The notes under the pieces are model-generated. The model saw only the letters and a program-made list of their open reading frames with translations. It had not been told where the DNA came from and searched no databases. Below, one piece after another: positions 51,257 through 63,290 of a DNA stretch of 64,000 nucleotides (its first letter is position 1; each line of letters begins with the position of its first letter). A program made the translations under genes and the position numbers. This stretch comes from Lepidodermella squamata (Eukaryota; Animalia; Gastrotricha). The stretch spans positions 558,001 to 622,000 of the forward strand of contig JBLDXI010000002.1 in the NCBI GenBank assembly GCA_047495785.1, in the 5' to 3' direction.

Positions 51257-52807
51257 CACTGTAAAAAATAGGGTGCTGATTACCCTGGGTATTTATTCTT
51301 TTTCAATTTTTTGAGGGGTAAATGCTCTCGCCTATTCCTTTGTGGTAATTCGCTCCAAGGTAAAAGTGGGGTAAATACCCTTGGGTGGTAATTAACTGTG
51401 GCAATTCTTTTCTTGGGTGGCAATCTAAGGGCAATCACCCTCGCGCAAATTTGTTAATTCTATTTCAATAAATAAATTATTTATTTGATTTTTAATTATG
51501 AAATATTAGTGTTATAAACCTGTTAGTAAAACATGTTAGCATAAGTAAAAAAAGTTGAGGATAAACTCTGGTAAATGTCTCATGGTCGAGGATGGTCAAA
51601 ACACAATGACATCCTGAGTCTGAATTTTACCGTATACCTTCGTATGTGCAGCGCTGATATGATGCGCAGTAAGATCCTTTCGGAGATTTTGATATCGATT
51701 TTGCAGCCACCTGAGCCAGGCAAAAAAGGTCCCTTAATAAATTAGAAGTCCCTCCCTGATAATACGGTAGATACGGTATACCGTAGCCGAGTTATTTCAG
51801 GGTTGGATTTTAAACATAAACAAAAATAACCAATAATCGCAGCTAATTGTCAAGATCTATGGGATGACGCAAAATTGCAGCTAATTTTAGTGCCGGCAAC
51901 GTGGCTAGCATCGCAAACTCTCTAAAATCGTTCTTCAATTGGATTCTAGATTATAGCTCTCAATTAGTAACAGGGTCCTCGCTAAATCTTAATCAAATAA
52001 ATCTAAATGAAATGACTGGTTCAACTCAATTTAACTGCAATTCCTAAGCAATTAATCAAAGCAATTAAGAAGCTCCACCTAGTCAATAGTCAAGTCAGTT
52101 TTTCACCTTTAAAATATATCACCTCCACTCAATCAGCAGTGGCTTCCCAATTGAGCTAGCGCTATTCGGTTGTGCAACTTTGGAGTATCGACTTTATCGA
52201 TTTGCTATGCGAAATGACTTGCATTCAATCTCATAACTCAAATCAGCCGAATTCTAAAAAATGGCTGAACTCAGCCTAGTGCATATGCAAATCAGTCGAT
52301 TCGCTCGTAAGCGCTGCTGCATAGAAAGGCCTCCTTGCTAACAACTAGCTCTAATCATTCATTTGCAATGTGAAAAAAGAAGACAATTGAAAAAGTAAAT
52401 ATCGCGCGTAAGTCAAGTTGCAGGTTTCCGTGTTATAGATGTGTTAAGGGTGTTACGTTTTCCGGTGTTATCAAAGGTAACCCGGTGGCCTTTGGTGCCA
52501 TCCGGATACCTTGGGACCCTCCTTATTAATTCGAATAATTAATCATTTAATTGAATAAGTTAAAATAATTTATTCAAAAATAAATTCCAACAAATTTAAT
52601 TGAAATAATTAAGAATAATTTCAGGGTAATTACCCCTCAGCAATGAAAGACATGCTCGAAGATAATTACCCTCTCTGTGGTAAATAATCCTTACGAAAAA
52701 AACTCAGAGGAGTAATTTCAATGCACCCCGTGTGCATTTTACCCCCCAAGCGGCATACAATTGAATGGAGTAAATTCGGGGTAATCACCCCCCTATTTTT
52801 TACAGTG
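51257..52807. mobile_element. Non-autonomous CACTG (CMC-like) element, ~1.55 kb, ~210 bp upstream of the ankyrin ATG
   Basis: 17-bp TIR CACTGTAAAAAATAGGG and subterminal GGTAA(A/T)TACCC-type repeats. No clean TSD (TA vs AT). Confidence 0.75.
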
Positions 52808-53179
52808 ATAGCTGTCGTCTGTAGCGTTGAAACAAAAACCCTGAAACTCAGCCGTGAAAATCTATCGCGACCACCATTTTGTTTTTTGACTCATGCATTG
52901 ACCAATTTTGACTTATAAATCACTTCATTAGATATTATCTATCTCGAAATAGGAATTTCCGGGAGTTTATGTAGCGACCTTGGCCGAAGGGGGAGGCGCG
53001 AAGCGGCATGCGACAAAAAGGTGACGTCTGACTACTTGTTGGATCCACAATTCTATGACCACATAATACACCGTTAATTAATTTGAGTAATTAATTGAGG
53101 TTGATTAATTTTGGACGGCCACAGCTGCGCAGCAAACTAATGAAGCTACTATTGAGTTTGAACATTTTTCACCGTTAAA

Positions 53180-53582
53180 TACTACGATCATTGACGCTTC
53201 AACTCAGCCTTGCTGTCCTTCTTGTGTCACATGCCATCGCAGCGTATCAAATTCTCGGTTTCGAATATCAGGTATGAGAAAAATCAGGATTTACTAGCAA
53301 TATTAGTTGAATCTGTTGAATTCGCAGGCTTACCCTGGCCTCGGCGATAGATCAAGCAACTATTTCCTCGGCGAAGACGCTGAAGCTGTACAAAAAGTAA
53401 TATGGCTGGAGTGCTTGGTAATGTGTGGGTACCGAATACATATTACGGTTGATTGAACGTTTTTCTGCTCACTTTTTCAGTTGAATTCATAATTGCTCTG
53501 ATCATAGCGAATCTCTTCTGTTGTTGTTATACCTGTTCGATCCTGTTTTCAATAAAACGTTATATAACGGATTTTCTAAGCA
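53180..53582 (+). pseudogene. Internally deleted tandem copy of the 54117 Sushi-ankyrin gene
   Basis: Exon 1 homolog with the ATG lost (ACTA--CG vs ACTATGCG) and an exon 2 homolog. It then jumps to the last codons (NVWVPNTYYG*) and the 3'UTR matching 56263-56420. Confidence 0.8.
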
Positions 53583-54116
53583 TCTTTTGGAATACACCAA
53601 AATTGAGTGCCCTGCTCGTCATGGACCACGCGGGTAGGCAGAACCCAGAACGAATTCCTCATTAAATTGATGAAAAATGTTCCTAGTGATTTCCTCTGTC
53701 TGGATCCGCCAACGAAACCCTTAGGAAAATCGAAACCGCCACGGAACCAGTAAAACAAATAATCGAATATTTTGTTTACTTTTCCTCCAAGCGCTGATGA
53801 ATCAGCTGACCATCTGGCGCCCATGGCGTAGCACCCTTCTTAGCAGTAAGCAGTATATCATATATTATGTCTCTGGATGAAACTGATACTATTTGAATAC
53901 TATTTACTTTAACTAACAAACAATCTGTGGCAACTAGAATGGGTCGAATTATTTTTAAGCGGCATGTTGAACCCACAATAAGTGTATCATCAGACGACTA
54001 GGCAGCGATTCAACTTGTAAGATTAAAAAAAAAGTGGAACGGCCTCAATTCTACAACCGACAAACTAATCGAGCTGCCATCTGCCATTGAGTATTACTAT
54101 TTTTCGAGTTTCCACT

Positions 54117-56297
54117 ATGCGTTCGTTGACGCTTAAACTCAGCCTCGCCGTCCTTTTAGGGGCAAATTTCATCGCTGCGTACCAATTTCTCGGTTTCGAA
54201 TATCAGGTGCGTGATGAATCATGATTTACTGGTAGTCCTTTATATGGATTTTATTTAAGTCACAAGCATTCGGTGGTCTCGCTGAAAGATCAAGCAGCTA
54301 TTTCCTCGATGAAGGCCTTGAAAATGTAAGTTGTTTCCTCACTAAAATGTATCATTTTAAGATAATTTCGAGTTTGGAGATATCGACAAATTTTGAGATT
54401 AAATGAATTTCTCAATTAATCTATAAATTAACCTGCCAATGTCCTATCTGATGAATATGTGATAAATACAGGACGCAAACATGGTTCCTAGCTTACTATC
54501 GAAGGTAAGAACATTTTAAACTGGATTTACAGTAAAACAAACTTTCATTATTTCACCAGGCCGTCGTGCAGTGCAGAATTCGTAGCGGTTCGAGCGCTAA
54601 TGGCCTGTTAATCAAACTCAAATCCGACAGTGCAAGACCTACGTTCTTACCAGTTCGGCGGAAAACCTTCTCCGGCGGGGCAGTTGTGCAGATAACTTGT
54701 CCCGAGCCCGGTGCATCTCCTCAGACGAGTACATGCCAGCTAGACGGAACTTGGGAACCAGAGCTGATACTGCCTTGTCCACTGGTATGGCGTGGGAGAG
54801 AATTGTACCCGCTAAATTAATTTATCTTGATTTTCAGCGAGTGACAAAAATCGAGTATGAATATTGCGAGGAAACGCCAGATGTGCAGAACGGCCTGGTA
54901 AGTGAAGGCAACAGCTCTGTAGGTTCGGTTCGAAGATTCGTTTGCGACTACGGCTATCAATTGTCGGGCAATGGATGGGTCACGTGTATTAACGACGGAA
55001 GTTGGAAAACTGATGGCAGATGCGAAGCTAAAGACAAAACAGTACGAGTGAGTTTTCTTGAAAGCATGCGATAAACCAACAATATGTCATGAGCCTGCTG
55101 AGAACCCAAAAGAAATTGCGGCGAATTTCATTAAAGCATGGGAAAAAGCGAATTTCGAAGTTATTAGGAATAATTATGCAACCAATTGCCTTTCATTCAA
55201 TTTTCCGTTCATTTTATCCAATCACTCGAATACAGCAGACAGCGAAGTGCCTCGTGCTGCTGATTTCGAATGAATGAAAAGGTATTCGAGTTTAATATCA
55301 TGGCAGGCAAACTCCAGTGTAAAATTTTCTAGCCCCTATCCATGCAAAAGCCAAAAAGTGGCGAAAACGATGATTTTTGTTCTTGACAGAATCAGTGTGG
55401 AGATACTCCAGCCATTGCCAACGGCGAAGTATCTAGCAGAGGAGGGAATTTATTTGGCTCATCAAGGCGCGTAATTTGTGATCCCGGCTTCGAGGTGCAG
55501 GGCAAAGGTGTCATTACCTGTGATAACGGTGGATATTGGACAGTACACGGCATCTGCATGCAACAGAATCAGAATACTGGCTTCGTAGTAACTTCAACTA
55601 CAACAGTGAGAAAAGTGATCTTTATTTGGCAGATACCTAATAGAGTTTTATTCCATAGCCTGAAATGTTAGCGAGTGTTTCACCTAAACCTAACCCGTCG
55701 AACCTGTGGAACGCAATCATGAACGACGACCTAATTGGGGTTCAGCGAGCCATTGAAATCGAGCGTATTCCAATCGAAGAACGTGATTCTACCGATGCAA
55801 GCCCGCTATTGATTGCAGCACGACAATGCAACCCGGCGATAGTTTCTTACCTACTTCAAAAGGGCGCAGATTCTACGGCGCAGATTCGTATCCCCGGCCA
55901 AGGTTCAACTGGCAGTACCGCAATTTACCTCGCAATTTATGTTTATTCGACAAATAAGGTTTTGCGATATAGATGCTACGAAACTTTGGGAATTCTGGCT
56001 AGAACTCCGGGTGCTCATTTTGTTATACTGAACTCGCAAATGATGTACAGTAACCCTATCACCTTTGCAGCTAACTACGGTTTGGTGGATATAGTCAAGC
56101 TATTAATAGCAAACGGCGTCAGCATAAATACAAGGCTTCCTGATGGGTGGACGGCTTTGATGCACGCTGCAGCGGGTAACGAAGTTGAGACCGTGAACTA
56201 CTTGCTATCTGCTGGAGCTGATCCGAGGGGATGCACGTCAGCCTTATGCAGTGGAACGCAGAGCAATGTGTGGGTACCTAATACACATTACGGTTGA
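54117..56297 (+). CDS. Signal peptide-Sushi x3-ankyrin repeat protein. Exons 54117-54206, 54260-54325, 54472-54504, 54560-54784, 54838-~55047, 55390-55605, 55659-56297
   Basis: Leader MRSLTLKLSLAVLLGANFIAA. Three CCP units (e.g. CEETPDVQNG..FVCDYGYQLSG..TCINDGSW..C). About 4 ANK repeats (SPLLIAAR, GWTALMHAAAGN). No TM segment; phase-0 introns. Confidence 0.8.
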
Positions 56298-57223
56298 TAG
56301 AACCTTTTTCTGCTCACTTTTTCTGTTGAATTAATTGCAACGCTGATGATATTGTTCTGTTGATATTATAAATGTGCGATCCTGTTTTCAATAAAACGTT
56401 GTAACGGATTGCCAAAGCGTTGCCTCATTTTTCAAATCGATCGTGGCAGATTCCTAATTGATCATATTTTTAATTTAATCTGTTGGGGAAAGGTCTTGTC
56501 GTATAAAACTGGCGAAGCCTTATTACGAATGACGAGCATTCTATGCTGTTATTCGTTAGCAAAACTCAAATTGATCCCGAAATCTTAAATTTCGAGATAA
56601 GTAACATTTTGCTTGCATGTAGTATTCCCCGGGTGATGTAGTTGTTACAGAAATGATTTGGAAACTGAATGATACCTATGTGAAATAGAGCTCATCATTT
56701 ACATCAAGAGTACCCAAGATGGTGCCAACTTCAAAAGATACGAAACATCCACGAAAGTTTAAAATTCTTAATCTTGATTGTTCCAGCCGAATGTTGGACC
56801 TCATGCATCAAACCTGGAGCTTCAGGCCTCTTACTTTTAAATCCTGAGTAGCGACTCAGGTTGGAAGTCAGACGTTAAACTTGCTATTAGCTAATTCATT
56901 ACTCTCGAAGCTTCAACACTTGGCATTTCCTGCGTCATACTTTCAGCCATCAATTTCAGATTGCGATGAGTTCGAAAAACGTGATAGCTGTACGTTATGA
57001 TAGATAACTTGACGGAAACCACGTGGCAACATGTTGCAGGCTAATGTAAACAACGCCATTCTAGAATAGATTTCCAGCCTTTAAATTACCCAGCCTGCTG
57101 CTGCTGCTGCTGCTGTTACTCATTAGCGGGGCACATCAATACATATCGCAATCTGCGTACAATCACGATAATTTCTATCATTCATTCCTTAATTTTCTCC
57201 ACCGAGTCGTAATTGCATTTAAT

Positions 57224-57500
57224 ATGGCAAATCATTTCTGGCTACCGGTTGTTGCAACTTTTCTCCTTGTGACCCTAGCTTTCTTCCAAGTCGCCGGTAT
57301 GTTTCGATTGATACCGAATTTCCCCTTAATTTCTTATCTTTACTGCTGGTCTAGATGCAATCAATTGTTGCGCTCTTTTCGACTTGACATGCTGCTGTAA
57401 AGACGCTGACGATGACATTCGAGTTGGCGTTGCGGCTGGCATTGCTGCGATTCACCATTCGTGCGACGGCGGTGGCTGCCATTACGGATGGAGGTGCTAG
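57224..57500 (+). CDS. 72-aa secreted cysteine-rich peptide. Exons 57224-57296, 57355-57500
   Basis: MANHFWLPVVATFLLVTLAFFQVADA-INCCALFDLTCCCKDADDDIRVGVAAGIAAIHHSCDGGGCHYGWRC*. 58-nt GT-AG phase-1 intron after the signal peptide; AATAAA at ~57582. Confidence 0.72.
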
Positions 57501-57973
57501 AATTTCGAACAATCGAACATCGAACATTGACAATTCCGGATCAAATTCTGAATTTTATTCAAACTGTTGATTTGTAATATCAATAAAAACTAGTTAATCT
57601 TACAATAAATCATGAAAACAACTGAGAATAGTGTTGTTTTGACTTGTGGGTATCAGCTGAAGTTGACATGATCAGGGGTCAGGGTAGCGACAATCCAGCT
57701 AGCGACAATTGAGCCGGGTGGAAAGCGCACTCAACGGTACTCTAAGCTTGATATTATTTCATTGATCCTTGCCTATTTAGAGAATTATTGCATTTTCAAT
57801 TTTCACAAGCTTTAGTAAGACCAAATTTTTGCAACTTTTGGGTGAAAATTCGGCATTCCCCTAAATTGATGCTCCCTTCGATTTTACCGAGAAAATGTAT
57901 AATTATCTAAGCAAAACCGATAGTAAAATTGCTCGGTATTTTTACATAGTTGAACCAAATAAAAAAAATTAGA

Positions 57974-58306
57974 TTGAATAGGTTGGAATTGGTGGGACCA
58001 CCGAATTCAAAAAATCGCTGTTGGCTGGACTGGAAATTTTGGAAGCACGGGATAGGATTGATTTTCCAGCACCTTGGCATGCTATTTCTTGGAAAATGGA
58101 AAAACCTGGAGAAAAAAATAAAATTCGATCCTCGGCCAACACGAATCAAACCCGGGAAATTAAGGACTTACTATTTACTATCTCCTCAATCCTCAATAAC
58201 TGAAAAAGAGAACTGAAATCGATCCTATCCCATGCTCCTGCTCTCCTGCAATTTTTAGTCAAGCCAACAGCGATTTTGGGATTCGGCGGTTCCACTAAGC
58301 TATTCG
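57974..58306. repeat. Degenerate long inverted repeat (old MITE)
   Basis: AAAATCGCTGTTGGCT.GACT..GGGATAGGAT.GATTT / AAATCGATCCTATCCC..AGTC.AGCCAACAGCGATTTT. Confidence 0.6.
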
Positions 58307-58677
58307 ATTTATCGCGATAATTAAAATGAAAATAATTTCTCCTAGGCTCCAGCCAATAATTTCCGACCTTCTGGTCTCTTTCCCCAGTTATTTCTTCAAA
58401 ATGTTCACGTAATTAGCGGCTAATTGCGGCTGAAATGGCGTAGGCTATTTTGACGTCTAGTTAGTACGAACACTACTGTTGGCCTTTGGGCAAAAATAAT
58501 AAAGACGCGACGAATCTTAGGGGAAACTGTTTCGAACTTCCAAACTTTACTGGTGTTACTTTCTGCGGAACGTTTTGAGAATTTACGAATGGCCTAAAAC
58601 TTCCATTGTCACAAAATCTGGATACATTAATAAATTCAAAATCGATTTTTTTAGATTTTCAGTTTTAGAACTGACCA

Positions 58678-58950
58678 CACCGTGTCCCATCATGCAAGCA
58701 AAGGAAAAGGGTTCAGAAACTCTAAAATGAGAGGCAAGGTCACATCTCAAAAAATCAAAACTCAAAAAAGTATGTTACTCATTAATGGAATTAAAAAAGT
58801 CCAGCAAAATGTGTTCCGACCGGGTAAAAACCAAATTACCGAACCATTGGGTTTTTCGGGTTATCTCCGGTAAACTTTCAATTTCTTCGGTTAAATCGCG
58901 AATAAAACATGGAATAGTCGCTATAGGTAGGCATTTCTTGGGACACGCTG
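58678..58950. mobile_element. R1 mariner-like MITE with both ends
   Basis: CACCGTGTCCCA...TGGGACACGCTG|TA. A reverse copy lies at 59850-60115 in an ankyrin intron. Confidence 0.7.
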
Positions 58951-59167
58951 TATACTGTGATTTCATGAAAATATATTCGAATTTTGGAAATTTGGTTTTC
59001 CTTGAGTCTTTGGCCCGCATCAGTCACAATTGGTTCTTTCAAATGTTTGCTTAGGTAAAAATTATCGATCAATAGTATTGTCAAAACGGGTTTATTCAAC
59101 AAATCTTCCGTATAAAAATCAATTCTGATCATTTATCAACATTTTCTTCAAATCAACAAAATCGAAT

Positions 59168-62100
59168 TCAAGTCCGAACGCCGAACGATCGGTGGTGGCC
59201 AGCCGCGGCGAAGGCAACGTCGGCCATTTTCTGGCCCAGCATATTTTTACTGTCCACTTTCGCGCCTCGAGTCATCAGCAGCTTGAACACGCTGGCTTTA
59301 CTCTCGGCAGCCGCCGCCATAATCGCCGTGTTGCCCTTGGAGTCACGTGACTCGATGTCGATGCCGCCGTGGCGCAGCACGTAGTCGACCATTTCGACGT
59401 TACCGCCGCGCGCCGCGACGAGCAGCGCGTTTTCACGCTTTTTATTAGTAGCGTCCACCTTAGCGCCGTGGTCGATGAGAAATTTAGCGCATGCGACTGT
59501 GCCTTTGGCGGCTACGGCGAGGAAAGGCGTATTGCCAGCTGCGTCGATGATGGCATTCACTCCAGCTCCGTATTCTAGAAAAAAAACAAAAATAATCATT
59601 TTATTGAGACTGAATAATCTATTATTTGATTCTTTAATTGTTTTACTTTCTAACTGGAATTAAAAAGATGAATTTTGAGTCGAATTCGACCTCAGCTGGG
59701 TAGAGAAATTTTTAATATTGACTTTTGAGACTTCTGATATCGGAAAAATGACTGATTTGTAAAATCGATAATTGGAATCGATATCGGATCTTTAGGCTCG
59801 CTAACAGATCGGTGATGGCTTAGGAAATTTACCTAATTAAATTGGTGACCCACCGAGAGAAAATTCAATTATTTATCTGCGATTACACCGAGGAAATAAA
59901 TAATTTACTGGAGAAACCCCGAAAAAACCCGATTGTAACTTGTTCGGTTATTTTCGGTATTTTACCCGGCTGGACCAATTTATTTCTCCAGGCTTTTTAA
60001 TCCCATCAACAAGTAAAATACTTGATTACTATATTCTCGTGATTTTTTTAATTTTTCTAAAAATTTCCTGGCCGTGAGATGTGACTTCGTCTCTCATTTC
60101 AGAGTTCCGAGTTTTTCGAAGTTCGTATAACGCTGAATCAGCTTGAAAATCTATTCATAAGTTAATTATCAACTAGCTCACAGTTTAATGCAATAATAAC
60201 ATCTTCAAACTTCAAATTACTCCGAATTTTTGAAAATATGCGGGTCGATCTCGTTAAAAAAATGCAACTTGAGCTGGAATAAGGACATCAGGAATATATG
60301 CATATATCACCTTTCGCCTAATTTTTCCTGAGGAACTCGGTAAAACTCTGAGATCCTATTTCCCCGGAATTACCAATAGCCACAATATTAGAGAAATTAT
60401 TCAGAAATTAAAATGATGAAGCTACAAATATTGAGTAATTTATTTAAATAATCAGAAAAGTTTGAGATAGCCCGTAATCATTAATTGGAAATTTGGAAAA
60501 AATCGGGAAAAATGACACACCCTAAATTAGCTTTCGTCTATAGCCTATTGCCCCCACTCTTTCATTTTCGAATTTTGAGAAAACGTTAAGAAATCTTACC
60601 GATGAGCACTTTCGCAATATCGAACATGCCGCTAGAGCACGCCAAGGTCAACGCATTGTGGCCGCCCTGCACCGGCGCCACGTCGATTTTCGCGCGAAAC
60701 AGCACCAACAACCGCGTCATTTGCTTCAAATCCAACTTAACAGCCAGCATCAACGGCGTCACGCCCGACTGGTCAGCCACGTTAACATCAGCCGCTCGGT
60801 GCAACAACGCCTTGGCCGACCCGACTTTATTCTTCTCAACAGCGTAAAACAACGCCGTCCGGCCGTCGCTTTTCCGCCTCGCATTGATAATAGCACCGTG
60901 GGAGACTAGTGTCCAAATCATTTCGAAATTATCAGCAAGTGCCGCGAGAATTAAGGCGGAATTTTGCTGGTTGTCGAACCGGTTCGGATCAGCGCCGTAT
61001 TGGAGCAGAATTTTGACGAGAGCTGTCGAGTTTTGATAAGCCGCCGCGATTAAAGGCGTCGCGCCGTGGTTGTTCTTAGCCTCAGGATCCGCGCCGTGTT
61101 GCAGCAATAATTCCGCGATTTTCGTCTCGTTATTAGTCGCAGTTGCTAGGTACAGCGGCGTGTAGGAGCTCGAAGATTTGTGGTTGGCATCAGCGCCGTA
61201 GTCGAGCAAATGCCGGACTGTTTCGAAATCTTGACGCGTGACTGCGAAGAATAGGGCAGTTTCGCCGGATTCAGTTGCGGGTTCCGTGTCGGCGCCGTGG
61301 TCGAGTAGGATTGGCACGATGGCGTGACGGCCACGCTTGACTGCGCGAATCAGGGCTGTGTCGTCGTATTTCCAGGCGCGGAAGTCGATGTTGAGATCGC
61401 CCGGTTCGAGAAGAGCGGTCAGGGCGGTGATATTGCCGGCTGAGGACTTTTCCAACATTTTCAGATGCCGCTCATTTAGCTAATAAAAAAGTTAAAATTT
61501 ATAATTAATATTAATTCAATTATTGAAAAATGAAAAAATTCGAAAAACTCAAGAAAATTTAGAGAAGTTAATAAATCAATTAATTGAAATTAAATAATTA
61601 AATAATTGAAATTTCGACTTCCTGGATTTTGAAAATTCCTAATTAAAAAAAATTAAAATTTTAATGAAATTCCAAATTAAAAAATGAGAATTGCAATTCC
61701 AAATCTTAAAATTTTCCATTTGGATCAAAATTCAAAATTTCGAAATTAAATATAAAAAAATTCAACAATTCAAAATCCAAAATTGTAAATGAAATTGAAA
61801 TATTTCGAAATTTAGAACTTAGATTGAACTAAATTTGTGACCAATTTTCCAAAATGGAATTGCTTTTATTTATTTTTACCTTTTTAGCCGGTTCCAACTC
61901 ATCAGCCAGCTTTTCATCGACAGCAATTAGGACATTGATGATGTTGGCAACATCAGTCACCATGGCGGCTTCCATAACTGCGCCGACATTAGCGCCTTGA
62001 GACAGCAAGTAAGCCGCTGTTTTCATTTTTTCTTGCCTAGCTGCGGCGAGCAACGGCGTGAATTGACGGTCGTCTATCGCTTCGAGATTGGCGCCGTGTT

Positions 62101-63290
62101 GGGTGAGAATTTTAACAGCAGCTAACTGGCCTCTTGCCGCAGCCCAGGATAAAGCTGTATCGCCGCCCCATCTCTTAGCATTCACCTTATAAAAAATCGA
62201 TAAAAATTTGAAAATTTGATATATCGATTCCAAGTATCGATTTTAAAATCATTGATTTTTTCGATATCGATCAGGAAAAGAAAAATCAGAAATTGATAAA
62301 ATTCGGAAAATTCTGAAACAGGACGAGTTAGCGCTGGAACGTCAATATTAGTTCCATTAATATGGAAAAAATTGATGGAAAAATAAAAAAAAATGAATTA
62401 AATTTGGGACACTTATTGGGAATGCTTTCCAACCTTTTAAACAATTATTTTAATTTTTCTTTGATATGAGCTAAGATTTGAAAAATTAGAAAAATTCTGA
62501 TTGGGATTTTCATAATTTTAGCTTAATTGCTCACCTTAGCGCCGCAATCGATAAGCATCTGAACAGCCGCAACTTGACCCCGAGAGGCCGCCATCATTAA
62601 GGCGGACCAATCGAACGCATTTCGCGCCTCCAATTTCGTCTCAGGCAGCAACAGCAGCAGGCGCAGTCGCTTCAACTTGCCGTCATTGGCCGCCTCCATC
62701 AACCGCGTCCATTTCGCCTCGTTTCGTTCCGCGATGTGGCTCTTCTCGAAATTCACGCCGTCTTCGATGAGAATTTCGCGAATCGTGGCGACCGCGTCTT
62801 TTGACCCAGATTTCGCCAATTCTTGCGCCCATGTAACGTCAAACTCCTCGCGAACTTTGGCGCCTTTTTCGAGAAGAATTTTCGCGAAAGCTGCGTGGCG
62901 GCGTTTCAGAGCCCAGTCGAACGCGGTTTGGCCGTTTGCATCAGCGTGATTGATATCACCAGCGTTCGGCTGATCGAGGTGGTCCTTCAAATCGGCCGAG
63001 TTACCAGTTTTGACAATTTTGATCAGTCGAGCGTGCCAATCATCTAATTGGGTCAAAAAAGCAATAAGTTATTAAGCGGATCTTTTTAAATTTTCTAAAA
63101 TTAAATCAGAATTTAAAAATTCAATTTCAATTTTCCAAAATTGTTTAAATTTAATTCAAAAATTTAAATAAGCGAAATTTGTTAGCCAAATTTATTCGAA
63201 ATTTGCGGGAAAATATTGAAATTTTTTACCTGCTGCTGAAACCAATCCAGCTAACAGAAGAAGGATACACAAGTGCATAGTCTTGCACAT
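59168..63290 (-). CDS. Signal peptide + long ankyrin-repeat protein (~720 aa), paralog of 46359-51048. Exons 63290-63230, 63043-62535, 62185-61880, 61479-60600, 59574-59168
   Basis: Leader MCKTMHLCILLLLAGLVSAA; more than 15 ANK repeats. Exon lengths sum to 2163 nt in frame. Shares the spacer (..DELE..KK/RR|) and intron position with the paralog. Confidence 0.85.

Noticed and set aside
57094-57115. (CTG)7 microsatellite and the 10-bp triple repeat at 17281-17310
   Set aside because: Ordinary short tandem repeats with no supportable function.
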